A DNA stretch of 64,000 nucleotides, from positions 2,480,001-2,544,000 of the forward strand of contig NC_086374.1 in the NCBI RefSeq assembly GCF_036588685.1. Reading direction: 5' to 3'. Below are positions 1 through 15,954 of this stretch, in pieces. The notes under the pieces are model-generated. The model made no database searches and was not told the origin of the DNA. It was given only the letters and a program-made list of their open reading frames with translations. The position numbers were made by a program, and so were the translations under genes. Numbering within the stretch: the stretch's first letter is position 1; every line of letters starts with the position of its first letter. The DNA is from Mytilus trossulus. Lineage: Eukaryota.

Positions 1-1239
1 AATCGTTATCGTGACCAAGTCCTTCCTACACACGCTAGACAAGTTTTACGGTTGTACATCTCCGTAAAGAGCTAAATTAGCGGTGTATCTACCAACACTT
101 ACCGTTCGTCGATTGAATTAAACTTTGCATAAAAAAGATGTAGTATGATTGCCAATGAGAAAAATCTCCACAAGACCCCCAGGAACAAAATAGTCAATAT
201 GCATGTTTCTGACGAGATCAAATGACACAGAAATTAACAGCCATTGGTCACCGTACGGTCTTCAAAAATGTACATCACATCATATTCCAACTATTAATAA
301 TCGCAATGCTCTTGAATCAATTAAATACTATTTTGAATGTATAAAAATAGTGGTAATAATAAGATAAACCTACATAGTTTCCATCATTTCACAGAAACAT
401 CTTACAAGTCTTATAAATGAATAATAATCTTGTTTGTCTAGTTGAAAATCTATACCGTTTCTGCTACTTTTGACCTTTAAAGGAAATATGTTAATGAAAA
501 GTAAATGTACATTACAAACTTACGTGAAGTCCTTCTACTTCCACTAAATTTCGAAATTCACATTTTTACCCAAAATGTATCAATCAAGTCAAATCATAAT
601 ACACATAGCTAGTATACAAACATGACCACATAATTGAACGTACATAACTGTCACTTTTTATAGTTTAAATTCATTTTTGTCTATTTATACTTTTCATTTA
701 ATCCATTATTATCAAAACCCTTTAAATGCCTTTAACAAATACACATATATAGATAGGTGAACAAAAACTAGAAAAGGTTTTATTTGTATGTGTTATTGTT
801 AAATTTAAATGTTAAATCGAGCGAGTCGGGCTATATTCAAACATGTTTAATTATTTTCATGGCCATGGGCACTAGTTTTCGAAAAAGTCATAGGTTAGGA
901 CAATCTTTTGGTTTTCTTTAATAGGATTATCATATGGCAAGTCCAAGACTGTAAATCAAATCTCTCCTAAGATCGCTGTACATTAGATGCTATTATGACC
1001 ATCATAAAATGAACTGTATTTAATTGGTAAAGAATAATTAAAGCTTATGATAATTTTCATTTCAATTTCATACATTTTATTTCAAGTTTTTAATAATTGG
1101 GCACTAATTCTTTACACGACAAGACTAAAATCTGCAACTTATTTGAAGTCTTCATTGAGAAAGGTAAATATGCTAGATATACTTACTTAAGAATGAAGAG
1201 ATAAGTGAAGCTGTTAATTTTCTCTTTGCTAATATGTAT

Positions 1240-1870
1240 GTTTGTTTCGTTAACAAAGATTATCGACAGGTTGTATGCATTCCTATGGGCACTAATTGCA
1301 TCCCCTTTAATACTAGTAGCAGACTTGTATTTGTACTGTTATGAATCACAATTTATGACCAAACTCAGTAGAGCCCGTCTTAATTGCATTTAATTGATAA
1401 ATTCAACAACACATTACGTTAACTTATCTTGATGATATATTTTCGTTAAATAATCCAGAATTTTCTGAATATGCTGCCGAAATTTACCCAAAGGAACCAA
1501 CTTTAAAGAAATCAAATGTAAACCGTATTAAATGTCCTTTCTTAGATTTATATATTTCAGTTTTAAAAGGCAAACTCCACACTAAAATTTACGACAAAAG
1601 GGACGATTTTATAGATATAAATATTTGGTTTTGAAGTTTGGTTGTACCTGTAAAAAACTTATTTTCAAACGGGATATAACATCCTCATTTTTACAGAGAT
1701 GTTGTTTACCGTGCCCAAAAAAAACGATTCTGGTAAAGTGATCGATTCTTTAAATAAACTTATTTTAAAGGGTACCAATTCAACACAGTAATGAGATCAT
1801 TGAATATTGTGTTATTGGTATTAATATTGATTTTGTTATTAGTAAAATTACAAGCAAACTAAATTTAATT
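1240..1870 (+). pseudogene. Degraded Penelope-like retroelement reverse transcriptase fragment
   Basis: Frameshifted pieces IPMGTNC...ADLYLYCYESQFM...YLDDIFSLNNPEFSEYAAEIYPKE...CPFLDLYI...TKIYDKRDDF. Confidence 0.8.
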
Positions 1871-2239
1871 GTTATATACAATGTACATATACACATTCAT
1901 GGATATACAATATTTCGATATCTGTATCTTGATATTGCACAAGGTCGTGTTTTTTCTCTGACTGTTCGTGACTCTTTGAGGTTCGTGACGTCTTTACGCT
2001 AAATCCATTGGATGTTGAATGTGTACTGATTGATAATTAAGTCTTCGATACATGATTTTTTTTCCTTGTTGTTAGTGGCTTTGAAATAGCTGTCAGTAAC
2101 TGTGAGTACTCTCAGATCTGTATTTTGTGTCTTTTTGTTGTTGGGAATTACAAATACCACGACTGTCCCGGTAAGAAGGAGGATTGGGATCCCGCGAACA
2201 TGTTAAACCCCCGCAACTGAAAAGAGAAGGGCATTGTAG

Positions 2240-2340
2240 TTACGACATAAGGAACATATCCAATATCATCTGTGAAACGATTATTCCATGACGGTCAACC
2301 AACTCGTGATGGCGTCCGTAAAATTTACGAAGGGACGAAT
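2240..2340 (-). mobile_element. Penelope-like element C-terminal fragment
   Basis: Minus strand reads SLRKFYGRHHELVDRHGIIVSQMILDMFLMS*. Confidence 0.6.
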
Positions 2341-5300
2341 ATGGTCACTCGAATACTCACTGGGGAGTATTTTACATGTGAAATAAAATATACATAATAT
2401 TTGTCATTTTCCAAGCAAGGTCTAATGAATCAGACAAGGTTCACCTGGCCCCGAACTTATTGCATGAATCAGTGATCAAGGGCCTTGGTCATTGATCTAT
2501 GAAAGCCTTGATCACTGATCCATGAAATAAAGTCGAGGTCAGGGATTTAGATCTTTGATGCAAAGTCAGCGTCTCGGCATCCACATCTGATTCACACCAC
2601 ATCTTGAGAAGGTAGTCAAGATTTGATTGATTATAGACAATATGTTAGTAATATAATGAAATTTCATTTACTATTTGGTCGACAACGACCAAAAAAATAA
2701 GTTATTTTAAAAGGACACTTATTTGGGTATCTAGATAGGTCAATGGACGATTAAGGTGTTTACTTTCTTTTTGGTCTTTTGCAAAAACAATTTCAACATG
2801 ACAATCAGTGTCCATAGACATGCTTAATTCTTATGTATTTATTCGAATTTTTACCAAAGACCTCAGGGCTTGAACTTCTGCAGAAACGGTATTTTAGTCT
2901 TTCTTTCCCTATCTTTCATGTGTTGTCTAGCATAATTTTTTTCAGAGTGATAAATCATTAAAATTTTAAAGTTATGTCTCTTTTTTTCAGATCGAGGTTC
3001 ACAATTTTCGTAGAATTATGGTGTGATTATGTTAGGTCACTTGTGATAACAATGCCAACCGGAACTTCCACGTTATAGTTTAGGATAGAAAGACTTTGAG
3101 GTGACAATTAATGCTTAAATTCTTTAACAAGCGTCTGTGATTGTAATAGATGTCTGAGACGGGAGTTTCATTAAAATATGAAGGTATCTTTAATTTTACT
3201 GTTTTATGATGGGGATGATGCATTACTTAACGGTGTTTAGACCTTTTTGCAACCTACTAACACAAAATAACTCACTAAAAGACATCCATTTGTTAATACC
3301 AGTCTGTAATATGCAATACAAAACAAGCGTATGTGCTGATTAGAACAAAGATATTTGAAATTGCCTGTTCAAAATGAAAATTGAAACAGAAAGCACACGC
3401 TGAAATTTCTTGCCTACTTTAATGTACATGATTGAGATTATGTTGATAATCTTTAACATCAAGTTTAACTGAAAATATCAGTAACTGAAAACTTAACATT
3501 ATCAATACTTTATTTAAATTAGGTCATTGTCAGAAAAATCAATCTAGAAAGAAATGTACGCCTTATTATCGTTCTGTACACCAAAAATAGTTGGCTATTT
3601 GCTAATGGCATCTTAAGAGATTTTAAAAGAGGACCTAACTACTAAAACGTTACATCTGGCCTTGCGAACATTAAACTTTCGAGCACGATTTGTGTACTCA
3701 GACTCAAGAATCAACCAATCAAAAACTGGATTTTGTGTTTCGAGCACTTATTCTGTACTCTGAGTACTGGGTTTAGTTTTATGACCGAGAGGCCTGAGCA
3801 TGACATTGTCCAATGAATCGCGAAAATTTTTAAAAAAAAGTAACGGACTCCGGGTAAAATTCAAAACGTTCATTTCCTAATCAAATGGCAAAATCAAAAT
3901 CTAAAACATACCAAACTAATGGATAACAACTGCCCGTTTATTATGAATTGGTACAGGCATTTTCTAAAGTATAAATTGGTGGATTTAACCAGATTTGAAA
4001 GCTATCTAAACCTTGTAAGACAGTCGTATGACATATGATATTGACAGCATTGTGGGAACAAAACATTCACAATAGGTAAAAATATCAAAACTAGTGGTAC
4101 AGCAGTCAACATTGCGTTAATATTATCTTAATCACTATAAAACACACTTGTATGTAAATTCAGAAAAACAAAAAGACACACAGTAAAAGCACATAATCAA
4201 AAACGAAAAACTAGGATAAAACAATATACCAGGATGTATACGTTCTGAGACACGTCAAATAAATGTTACCAAAATATACTAAATAGTAAAAGTAATAATT
4301 TACAAAGACAAATATAAGATCGCTTTAACACGGAAATAAGATAATAAACAACGTCAGTACCTTTAATCTGTACTTCAAGACCATCATTCGAATATTATTT
4401 GTGAAGTTGATATGGAATAATTCTTAAAGTATTTGAGAAACAGACCAAATCAATAACTTTTTCAAGTACTATATAGTAACAGCTAAACCAAGAAAACGAG
4501 GTCAAGCTAGGATAGATGGAATCATTGTAACATAAGGCATCTGTATACTAGGCATGAAGTGTCTATGCACTCTGGTTTTCTATCCGCTAAATTATAAAGT
4601 TTAATGCAAAAAAGGTCGTGCCACCACAATTAAAATGTATTTCCTGTGTGTCGTATTCTGAATAAAGGCAACAGTAGTATATACCGCTTTTCGAAATTCA
4701 TAAATCGATAGAGAAAAAAACAAATCCGGGTTACAATCTAAAATTAAGGGAAACGTACCAAATTTAAGAGAACTACGACACAACAGAAACACAACATCAA
4801 AATGTAACACACACAGAAACGAACTATAATGTAACAATGGCCATTTTCCTGACTTGGTACATGTACAGGGTATTTTATGAAAAAATGGTGGGTTTTACCT
4901 GGTTTTGTGGCATGCCAAACCCCCCGCTTTAATGGCAATGTTATTTATAACATTTAAATGACAACATTACACGTCAATGCTACAATTAATGAATTGGAGA
5001 AAATATAGGACAGAGAAACAAAAGAATAATAGCCATCAAAGGTACCAGGTTAAAAAATTTATACGCCCGACGTGCGTTACGTCCACACACAACTATGCTC
5101 AGATGAAAAAAGTTTGAAAGCCAAAACAAGTATAAAGTTGAAGTTCACCGAGGACCAAAAGTTTTTTGTGCAGGTGCGGCAAAATCAGTACGAGAGGACA
5201 GTCTAAAATACTGTCATTCTATATGTGCCTGTCCCAAGACAGAAGTCTCTAACTTATTGGTTGTCATCTATTGCTATTTCTCATATTTGTTTTCCGTTTA

Positions 5301-5462
5301 TTGTTCTATAGTTTGTTCTTTTGTTGTACCTTTGCATCATTGTCCCATGTTCGGGGGAGTGTTAGGCACCTTAAAAATAATGTAAACCCTGACACATTTG
5401 TTTGCACTTGTTCTAAGTCAGGAACCTGTTGCTTAGTAATTTTCGTTTGTTTATGTGGTTCA

Positions 5463-6312
5463 TGAGTATATTTACAACCACTGGGTCGATGCCACTGCGG
5501 CTGGGGTTTTAATTACCCCGAGGGTATCACCAGCCCAGTAGGCAGCACTTCTGTGCTGACATAAATTATCATTGATATGGTCATAATTATAATTCTGAAA
5601 TACTAAGGCTTTTCTACCTCAGGAATAGATTACCGTAGCTTTATTTGGCAAAACTTTTAGGAAGATTGATCCTCAATGCTCTTCAGCTTCGTACTTTATT
5701 TGGCCTTTTTATTTTTATTTTTTATTCAAGCGTCACTGATGATCCAGTCTTTTGTAGACGAAGAGTGTCTGGCATAAATACAAAATATAATCCTGGTATC
5801 TATGATGAGTTTATTTACAACCACTGAGTCGATGTCACTGCTGGTGGAGTTCCCCGGGGTTTCACCAGCCCAGTAATCAGCAATTTTGTGCCGACATGAA
5901 TTATCATTGATATGGTCAAATTATTAATTAACTGTTGACAATACTTTTTGATTTTTAATTACTAAGGTTTTTCTACCTTTAAGAATAGGTTACCTTAGCT
6001 GTATTTGGCAAAACTTGTAGGAATATTGGTCCTCAATGCTCTTCAACTTCGTACTTTATTTGGCTTTTTTATTTTTTTTGGATTAAAGCATCACTGATGA
6101 TGAAGTCTTTTGTAGACAAAACGTGCATCTAGCGTAAATACAAATTCAATCCAGTAGCCCTTTTCACAAAAAATCTTTTAAAAGAGTAAAATGTATCGTA
6201 AGTCTAACAATATTCCTTCAAATAATTCTGTTCAACTAAATATTTTTATCGTAAGATTAATTTTACACTTAAGATTTTTTGTGACAAGGGCTACTGGTAC
6301 CTATGATAAGTT
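5463..6312. repeat. Two tandem ~343-bp copies of a dispersed repeat
   Basis: tgagt(a/t)tatttacaaccactg(g/a)gtcgatg at 5463 and 5806, similar throughout. Confidence 0.8.
6155..6293. mobile_element. Short TIR MITE
   Basis: TAGCCCTTTTCACAAAAAATCTT ... AAGATTTTTTGTGACAAGGGCTA, interrupting the second copy of a ~343-bp repeat at a CC(A/T)GG site. Confidence 0.55.
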
Positions 6313-7877
6313 TATCTTGTTATTATTCATTAGTGTTTCCTTTTCTTATATAGATTAGACTGTTGGTCTGCCTGTTTGAATTGTTTTACTCTCCTAGTCA
6401 TTTTGGGACCATGTTAATATAGCTTGCTGTTTGGTATGAGCCGCTCGCTGTTGAAGGCCATACTTTGACCTATAATGGTTAACTTTATACACATTGTGAT
6501 AATAATGGAGAGTGTCTCTTTTGCACTCATACCACATCTCCTTATATCTTATAAGTTGTATGCATAACCCAAATGTAAGCTTACAAATCCTTATAACATT
6601 TTTATTAGAATACAAATTTCAGTCATTAAAACATGACCAAGAATTAAGGCAAAACCTCAGATTGTGTTTGAATCTAAATAGAAATGACTGCCAATGCAAA
6701 ACTGCCACTTATCAGTAGTCTATGGTACTTTCTTCGTTATAAGCACTTTCAATACAAATGCTAAATATGTGCCCAATAAGAAATATATTCTGATGTCACA
6801 AAAGCATATAACAATCATAAAAGAAATTTGTTATGGATATATTGTTGTCTGTTTTTGCAACTTTTACCATGTTTATAAAACAATGCAGCCAATTTTTTCT
6901 AAGCCTAATTTATCTAATGATTTCCTCCTGCACTATAAGCATTTTTATTTAATGCCTTCTTCGCTATTCCATTGTATTCTTGGTAAGATGGAAGGCATCT
7001 TTCAAATTCCCTAATAACTAATCCAGTAGCATTCCAAAATTCAGCCCTTCTTCTCCGTTGACCTACATTTTTTTAACTGTGAAATGATTCTTGTCCTGAA
7101 TTTGCATTAACCATTTGACATTGGCACTCAGTAAGCCAACATTTAACAACCCATTGATTATAATTATGACAAAATTAAAAGAGCCATTTATATAACTAAT
7201 CTTGCATGTTAATAAATGAAAGAAAATCATAAAAGCGAAGTTTTAATTTTTAAACATGATTTTTTTCTCTATAGGTTTAAATGTGACATAGTAACAATAG
7301 AAAATAAACATATATGTCTATAAGTATATACACACAACTCTCTCACACATAAAATGCATAAGTTATCACAGTGATTGCTTTAATTAAAACTGGACAATAA
7401 ATAGTAAGATAATCATTGATAACATGGGAATAAAAACAATGTCAGATACATGAGAATTCATTGAAGCTTTATTTATCATATTCCCCAGTTTAGTAACTAA
7501 AGCACTAATACATAATAACTTCAACCTAAAACAAAATGACTGTACTTGTACATTATAAGTTTCTTGACCTTTGTTTAAATGTTTAGAATGTTGTTTTTTT
7601 TTAGAATAAGATGCATCCGTCTCTTCATTTCATCCATCTTTGATTTATACAAATTTTTATTTGTGTATAAAATCTGATAGTCAATAGTACAAAACATGAT
7701 CTATTAATACATGTGTTCCCTTTTTAAAAACATTTAATGTATGAAATATTGTTAATCTGAACAAGACAACACTTGCTTCCATTTTAACAAATGACCAGAA
7801 GTGTTTTATAAAAGCCATTTATAAATAAAATGGCTACATTAATAACATGTCAATGAATTGTTCACAGTATTATTTTT

Positions 7878-10800
7878 CTACCATACAAATCCAAGCCTCT
7901 TTTTGGATGGAGCTTTTCCATAAATGTTATCCTTGGTCTCCTCTGTGGAATCTCTCTGATAATGAGGCATCTGTCTTCCAGTTTTATCTGACACCATGTA
8001 GCTTGGTCTTATTCCTCCTTTGCCCTCAAACTTAGGACCAACCCCTCCCCCTGCTCCAGTTTGAGCAGCCTTCCTCAGGGGGTACACATTACGACCACCT
8101 TTTTCACAATGGTCAATAACTTTGGTAGCATATTCCTGGAATTGTTCTTCTTCCATAGCTATTAATTCAAGGTTGGCTCTATCTAAGGCTAACTCTTTCT
8201 GTTTCTTACTTATTTCTTTACCTTTTCTATCATTCTGGAAAAAAGATGGAAATGTGAAAATAAGATGAAGAAAATACCAGAACACTAAGCAACCTTTGTA
8301 ATAAGTATCCATGCTTTTTTTTTTTTTAAATAACATACAAATATTATGAACAATGTTTGTCTGTAAATATTTACTGTAAGCCAAATTTTATACAATTTCC
8401 AAAACCTCTGTGTTTGTGTGAATTATTGAAAAAAATTGAGGGGTGAAATAAAAATTTACCTGATCAACTGAGATGATACATATAATTTACTGTTTTTGAA
8501 CTTGACAAAAATCATACACAAGATTTGAGAATTCTTGTAACTTGAAAAAAAAGTAACTATAAAGTACTGGCAAAACTCATATTCAGTTCTCATAAAACTT
8601 AACTTGTCAATAAAACCTAACACATATATTAGAGGATGTAAACATACCGTCTGGTCAAAGTGGAAATTTTTCAGGGTTTCATTATCTTCCCTTTTCCTGA
8701 CACGTTTTTCTTCCTCATTTCTCCTGAAGATCTCATCAGCAGCTTGTCTGATTCTAATCGTTTCTAATTCTTGTCTTCTTAGTTCTTTTTTCCTGTCTTC
8801 TGCCTCTTTGAGCTTAAAATAGAGAAAAATTATATCTCATCAAAATACTTCTAGACACAACTGGTAATATGCTTTCTTTTCAACACATGCTTAGATAGGT
8901 CATGATAGATCAATCAGACAGCCATCTTCCATATAAATTGCTTTTATTAATATAAATTTGGTTTCATATTTTTAAAGTTCATTATTTTGTTGTGCTGCTA
9001 CAACCCTGTCAAAGGTTAGGAGAATGTTTAGTGCTGACAAACAAGTTCAACTTGGTCACATTGTTTTTGTACCTGTCCAAGAGGATAGTAATGCCCTTAA
9101 CCCTCAGTCGTCAAACGGTAAATTTACGCTACTGTTAGCGTCAAATTGGTTAGAATTTTAACGTGATTCATCAAAATATACTTATTGTGATTCGTCAGTG
9201 GTCTGAAATCATTATCGTTACCATTATTTGGGAAAAAATTTAACTTGATTCATCAAAATCAGTCAATTTTTTTATTGTCTAAAAGAAAGTGTACATTTAA
9301 TCGTCATGCATCAAAAGTTACCATTAACATCATTTCGCAAGGTTTTTTTCCATTATTCATCATGAAGATAACCCCATTACTACCCTCGTCCATGTCAAGC
9401 AGATTTTAATGTTTGTTTTACATTTTTATTATAACTGGCATTTTATACCTTACTCTACAGTTTGAGTTTTATCTCATTATTGAAGGATGTAATCTGACCT
9501 ATAATAACTAACATCTACATCATTTGGTTGTCTCACTGGCAATATTATTAAAAGGCTTTTTTATTATTAAAATAATTTGTGAATGAATCAATGATCACCT
9601 TTTTGTTAATACTATTTCTTAAAACCCATTATCTTGTTCCTTAATTTTAAGAATTATTAATAATATTAAGGAATTGTACAATCCATGATTTAGCCAAAAA
9701 AGTAACACTTGCAGAACTGTGTAAAATTCAGGGGAGATAACAATTGCAGAGCTGTGTTAAATTCAGGGGGAGATAATTAAACTTTATCTTTCTGTAAATC
9801 AACAAGCTTTTGAATTATTTTGTTAAACATATAAAGTACAAGAAAAGATAACAAAATTTCAATTTTTTAAAATTCTTAAATTAAATGCACTAAATACTTT
9901 TAAATTTAAAGTCAACAAAGAATTGGTCTAACCATTTTGATAATAATTGCACAAAGAAAGAAATCTATGTATTTTCTTCTTTCTAAAAAAATAAAAAATA
10001 GTCTTCTCACCTACATTCTTATATCAAATTTAATATGTTTATAACATTGAAATAATCATCATACATGGATTTTAGTGGCTGTATAGTAATACCAAATATG
10101 AAATAAAGAGAAAAAAACAAATTAGTCAGTGACCAGATATGGATTATGTTTGGTAATATCTGATCTTATTTGAGCTAAATACAATGCACAAGACATTAAT
10201 GGCCAGATACAGATTTTCTGGCTTCCTCATCTTGGTTGATATTTTCCTTCCCATATCATCATTGCTAGGATCAATTACCTGTACATGTCTATGATCAGCT
10301 GACTCCTTCATGGCTTTTCTCATCTTAAATTCTTTTTCAGCTTCTTCTTTTTCTCTCTTCTCCTCAGCTTCTTGAACAGCTTTATGTATCCTATCATCTT
10401 CATCACTGACTTTCTGTGTCATTTGAGCAGCAAGTTTTGTTCTAATTCTGTCCAGATTCTTCTGTTTTTCACTAAAGTTAAATATAATTGATTAAAATAA
10501 CTGTGAATTGTAGGAACATTGCCATAATTTATAAAAGTTCATTTAATTGAATGATATAAGACATCTTTCATTCACTACTTCTATTTATTTGTGATTTTGT
10601 AATGCTTTTATAAATCTACAAAGTATGTCATCCTTATCAATAATTTCAATAAAATTTACATCCTTTCATGTACATCACTATTTAAAATTAGGCATTCAAA
10701 CATTTTACTTTTACATAAATTTTGTTATGTTTATGTTCTAAAAACAATCAGCATCAGCTATTTATTGTGTTCAGTAATATTGAGAGCAATCTAAGGTTGA

Positions 10801-13800
10801 AGATAAATTAAAAAAAAGTACTTTGTCATATTGATATATCTAATAGCCCCCAAAAAACAAACAATGAAAAGTTGAAATAAAGAAGACTTTCATATATCCT
10901 ATTCAGATAGAAAGAACATTAAGTTTATTTAAAAGTTACATTTATTATAACTATTGTTTGTGGCATTTCATTCAAAGCTTTCATGATTGTCAAGATTGAC
11001 ATAAAAGGACATCAGAAAACAAACATTTGCTGTTGTTGAATTTACTTTGATAAAAAAATACCTACTTATGAATTTCCAGTTCTTTTTCAGCTCTTAGTTT
11101 CATCATTTTTCTCTTTGCAGCAGCAAATATTCTACACTCTTCATCTTCATCCTATTAAAAAAAACAAATGATTTATCTCCCTTTATTAAAATAGCACATC
11201 AACATTATAGGGTACTTAAAAAACATTCAGAAGCTTTCTAGTTCTAAGCAAAATAGTTAATATAAAGACAGTAGAGTCGCTAGACCAATGAAAGTGTGAC
11301 AAGGGGATCTACATTTCCTTTACGCAACAATGCACAAAAATCATAAAAGTAGAAGGAAAAATTGATCAGTTCTTCTGATAAAAAAAATAACTAAGTAAAA
11401 TTTGAAGTACATCATATGCATTTAAAAATAAATGTACACATATTTTATAATTGAAATAAATGTCTACTTAACTGTTTTCATCCAATTGTATTGGTTGATT
11501 TCTTGTGAAGATTCTTGTACAAATTAAATATCATTTTTCACTTGATGGTACAGCTAGACATTGAGATACATGTACAGCATTTGTGCATTAATAGGATAGC
11601 TTACTGTACAGCATGACAAAGTATATTAATTTAGAGTGAAGCTAATCTTACCTCTTCTTGTTGTTTCTGCATGTTTCTAATGGAGTCTCTGTCTCGGATC
11701 TGTTTCACGTTATCCACCTTTAATTGTTGTTTTTCATCTTTTTTGATATTTTCTAATCTTTCTTTCTCTTGATGATATTGAATTCCTAATTTCTGCAGTT
11801 CTTCTCCTTCTTTCCTGTCTTCTCTCCTTTCTACGTCTCTGGCTTTTAGGTGTTCATGAACTCTAAATATACACAATTAACACTCTTGCATTAACAAAGA
11901 AAACAAAAAGAAAGTAAAAAACTATTTTTCACTTTCTTTCAGATTTTTCTTTTTTTTTAAACAGATATAAACTAGTAACTTTGTATTGTTAAAAGTTAGA
12001 TGCACAACAAGTAAACTAGCTAGTATAGACTAAGTTCCACCATCTTCAGACATAAAAATACATGTACAATGTAGCAGAAAAACAATTTTTAAAACAGGGA
12101 TGCAAAAAGAATTCCTAGTGGTTTTTAAGTTATTTTTACACCCAATTTGACAATATAATAAAGAGAATACATCTAATTTCTAATGATTAAAATCAAGCTT
12201 TATCAGGAGAGACAACTCAGTCATATTATTAATTCATAAGGAATGATATGACAGTTATTTTTACTGGTCTTTTAAATTGATCTGTCTTGTTGGCTTGCTT
12301 TTGCGTTGTTGCATATATTTTTTAACATACATAGAAATAAGGTTTCATTTCAAATACACTAATTCAGCCTCATGTAATTATCAATACTTCAAATTAGTAG
12401 TTTAATATAAGAATGATGTAATAACATCTGAGACAGCCTATTATCATACTATACTTACTGTGCTACTTGGAATTGTCTTGTATTCTGTGCTGAGATTATT
12501 CTTTCCATGGCTTTAGCCTGGTCATCCTTTATTGACTGTTCATATTCTCGTCTCTCTAGCTCCAGGTACTCATTATCTTTTCCTATATTGGCCTTATCTT
12601 TTAATCTTTTAAGTTCAATCTGTGCTTCTCTTTCTTTGAGGACTTCAGTTAATTGTAATGCACTCTGTCAACAAATTTTTTTTTTTTTTTTAAAGAATGG
12701 GTTTGACAATTTTAAAGCACAAATATATTCAATTTTATGATACCATCCAAAAATGTGAACACCCTGAAATGACTATAGCAACTGACCTTTAATTTAACTT
12801 TATGAGTTCTTACAATTGAGTTTCTTTTTTTCTTGACCTTGGCTTTATATCAATTTTCAGCAACTGTTGAACCAATTTGAATAATACCAAAGTTAAAAAC
12901 AGAGTTGCTTGTCAAATGAAATACTCATTAAAAAATTAACATAATTTATTTGTATATCAAATATTCAACCCTATTAGTAATTGATAAACATTTTTCCGTT
13001 TAATATGGTCTTTCCGCATGTATAAAGAAAAGTCAACCTTACAATAAAAAAATAAAGATATATCAGAAAAAGAAATCTCAGTTGACTAAGTACTGCCAGA
13101 TACATAGAACAGCTATACACAATTTTACAGATCCCATCATGATTTTGATTTTTGAAATAAAAATAGAAAATGTGCTTTGTTACCAAGTTATATATACTTT
13201 TAGGTGAGAACAACCTATATATAATATGGAACATTTTAAAATGTGATGTTAAATTCTTGAATACCGAGAGAACTTACATGGAACTGTTTAACTCTGTCTG
13301 TTTGATAATACTGCTGTGTTTTAGCTTTCTCTATGGCCTCCCTTCTCTGCTGGGCCTGGTATTGGGCCTCTTCAAGGTCAACTAATTTCTTCTCTTCTTC
13401 CTCTTTTTGTTCACGAATGGTTCTTGCTTCTAACTTCCTCTGTCTTTGACCCTGTTAAGAGAACAATTTATCATTATTCTATGTAACAAACCCTATTTTA
13501 AGTGAGGTAAAAAAATCAATACAAATTATTTCTGCAAACACAATGTTTTTTTATTAAAGAAGCCTTTTTTCGTTCTTTCTTTTCTTTATCTGAATAAATT
13601 TCTATGACAGGAGATTATTTGTGTTGTAAAAAATCTTTAAAAGAAAACATGCAAGAGGATAGGCAGCATTTTAAAATATGGTAATGTAAGTAGGCTTAAG
13701 AAGAGGACACAAAATGAAGTCATGTTTTGTTATCAGGTCAGTAACATGGCCATGACAACCAAACGCAATACTCACTATGATTGTATTTCCCCAGGTATCA

Positions 13801-15954
13801 ACCATTTCCTTTGATTTCTTTTTCTTCTCATCAATTTCAGCTTGCTTCCTCCTTACTCTATCTTCATCTATTTGTTTTCTGTGGAGCTGTGACTGGATTC
13901 TTTCCCAGTCCCCTTTAGACAGGACTGTCACCTGACGTAGATCTACACCTTCCCCCATTCTTATTCCAGGTTGTTCTGTTGGCATTTCTGGAGTGGCTAC
14001 ATTAAAAAAAATTATATTGAATTTTGAACACTTTCAATCTAAGATTAGTTTGTTATAATTTTTGTGGAATATTATAAACTTTGTCTTTAAAGTACATAAA
14101 TAATAAAAATATATGAAATAAAATAAAGAGGCAATTATTTATTCCAACAACTGTTTTTTTTTAATTGACACCAAGATGATGCATATTATAAATATATGTA
14201 ATGTTGGTTGATTTTTGTTTATCACAATAAATTATATCAGGATTATAAATTATAATCAACAACTTGTAATGGCATTATTGATGATCATGAGTGAAGAATG
14301 AAGTCAACTATGATATTCAGAAAATAAAGCGACCTTATTAACCTTTTCTGTATTAACAATATACTATGCATGTAGCTGAATTGTCTCCAAATGAACCAAG
14401 ATCAGTCTCCTGATTACCCTTCTGACACCATGAACAATCACTTTTTTAAATAATAAAATTGTGATACAAAATTTTTGTGGAACTTATTTGGTTTTAAGAA
14501 ATGGTAGATAACTTTATATACTACATGTACTTCTAGTCATGAAGTAATATCTTTATGTCACTACATATATGTATGTTCTATGATGTGTTTCCCAATTACC
14601 TCAGAGAAGACAGTGCAGTGCAGTTCATTCATAAAATTGAATTAGCATGTACATTGTAAATGTGTGAAAGGTGAACTCTCTCCTTCTCATGTATACCGCA
14701 GAACAGAAACAAGATCATGTTGATGGAGGCATGTTGTTGAGGCATAGAATTAAAGGATTTTTTGCAAATTTGTATATATCTGATTGCCAAGAGTAACAAC
14801 GGCTTCACATTAAATCTTTTGTCTGACAAGAAATGGGTTTGGACATGAGATAAGGGTCATGAGTGACTGTTTCAACAAGGTTAATGTCATAGTCATGATT
14901 GATAGTTTGATAATTATGTTCAGGTTCATCTAAAGCTTTGAAAATATCTGGGTGTCACACTATGTGCACACCACAAAATGTAATTTTGAGTGCAGAAAAA
15001 CTGATGCATCTTGGAAAGTTTTAAGGCCTGGTTTGACATTAGATATATATACATTCATACTCCTTATCAATGTGATGTCACATCATTGATATCACTTTAT
15101 CAGTCTTGGTAGCAAAAGCTTTAGCCTCTATTAAACATATTCTAAAGTGTTATAAGCCTAATTTATCTATATTCCATCATGTCACATGTAAAACGACAAC
15201 TGATTGAGTTATACAATGAAATTTTTTCCCCTGTTGAAGTACTTTACCGATGAATATATTTTCTATGTCCTGGTCATCGAGAGACCTGTGGTAACCTGCA
15301 TAATGTATAATTAAGTTATATGATATATGTCTTTTTCAAAACACCTTATCGCTATTTGTCCACCATTAATGGGCATCACACAGGTTCTGGTAATTTTTTT
15401 ATGTCATAAAAGTTAATACAAAATATCTGACGGCTGAATGGAAAAGTGAATGTTGTATGACCTCAAAAGTTCAAGGGGCACAGATTCTCGGGTCAGCAGG
15501 GATTAGCTACAAGGTGTATATCACCCACCCTGATCTTTGTATTGCTATATGTGAACTAGATCAAAATACAACTTTCGTATCATAATGTTATCATATGATA
15601 TGCTGCATCATTTTGGAATAGGATGCCGATGGAGAAGAAGCGGCAGACATATATATTAATCTCTATTTATCAAGGTATGCTCTAAAACTTTTCAAGTCAA
15701 ACAGAATTAGTTGTTATCAGGATGAAATTTGTGGTGTAAGTAAATATGGCCATAAAGGCATTTTTTATAAAGGTTTGTCATGATGAACCTTACTGATGAT
15801 CAAGCTAAGCCATTCAAGGATTACATTACCCAAAAAGGACAAATTATTTATATTTGAAAATAACAAAAATTCTGCAATGTTATGAGTCAATTTTCATAAA
15901 ACCCTCACCTCTATTTTGGCCTTTTCTGCGACCGTGCATTACACTTGCTGCCAT
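7878..15954 (-). CDS. CFAP210: Cilia- and flagella-associated protein 210 (CCDC173), coiled-coil, 9 coding exons, 552 aa
   Basis: Exons (minus): 15954-15909, 13996-13776, 13451-13278, 12664-12459, 11862-11652, 11151-11066, 10471-10279, 8812-8648, 8234-7878. All introns are GT-AG with matching phases, total 1659 nt. Starts MAASVMHGRRKG, includes WGNTIIGQRQRKL, QYYQTDRVKQFHSAL and EVLKEREAQIELK, and ends KKRLGFVW, matching CCDC173 as I recall it. Confidence 0.88.

Noticed and set aside
95-570. Minus-strand GTAAGT donors near 103 and 524 as exons of a gene leaving the window
   Set aside because: No supporting reading frame or acceptor; cannot be separated from chance matches.
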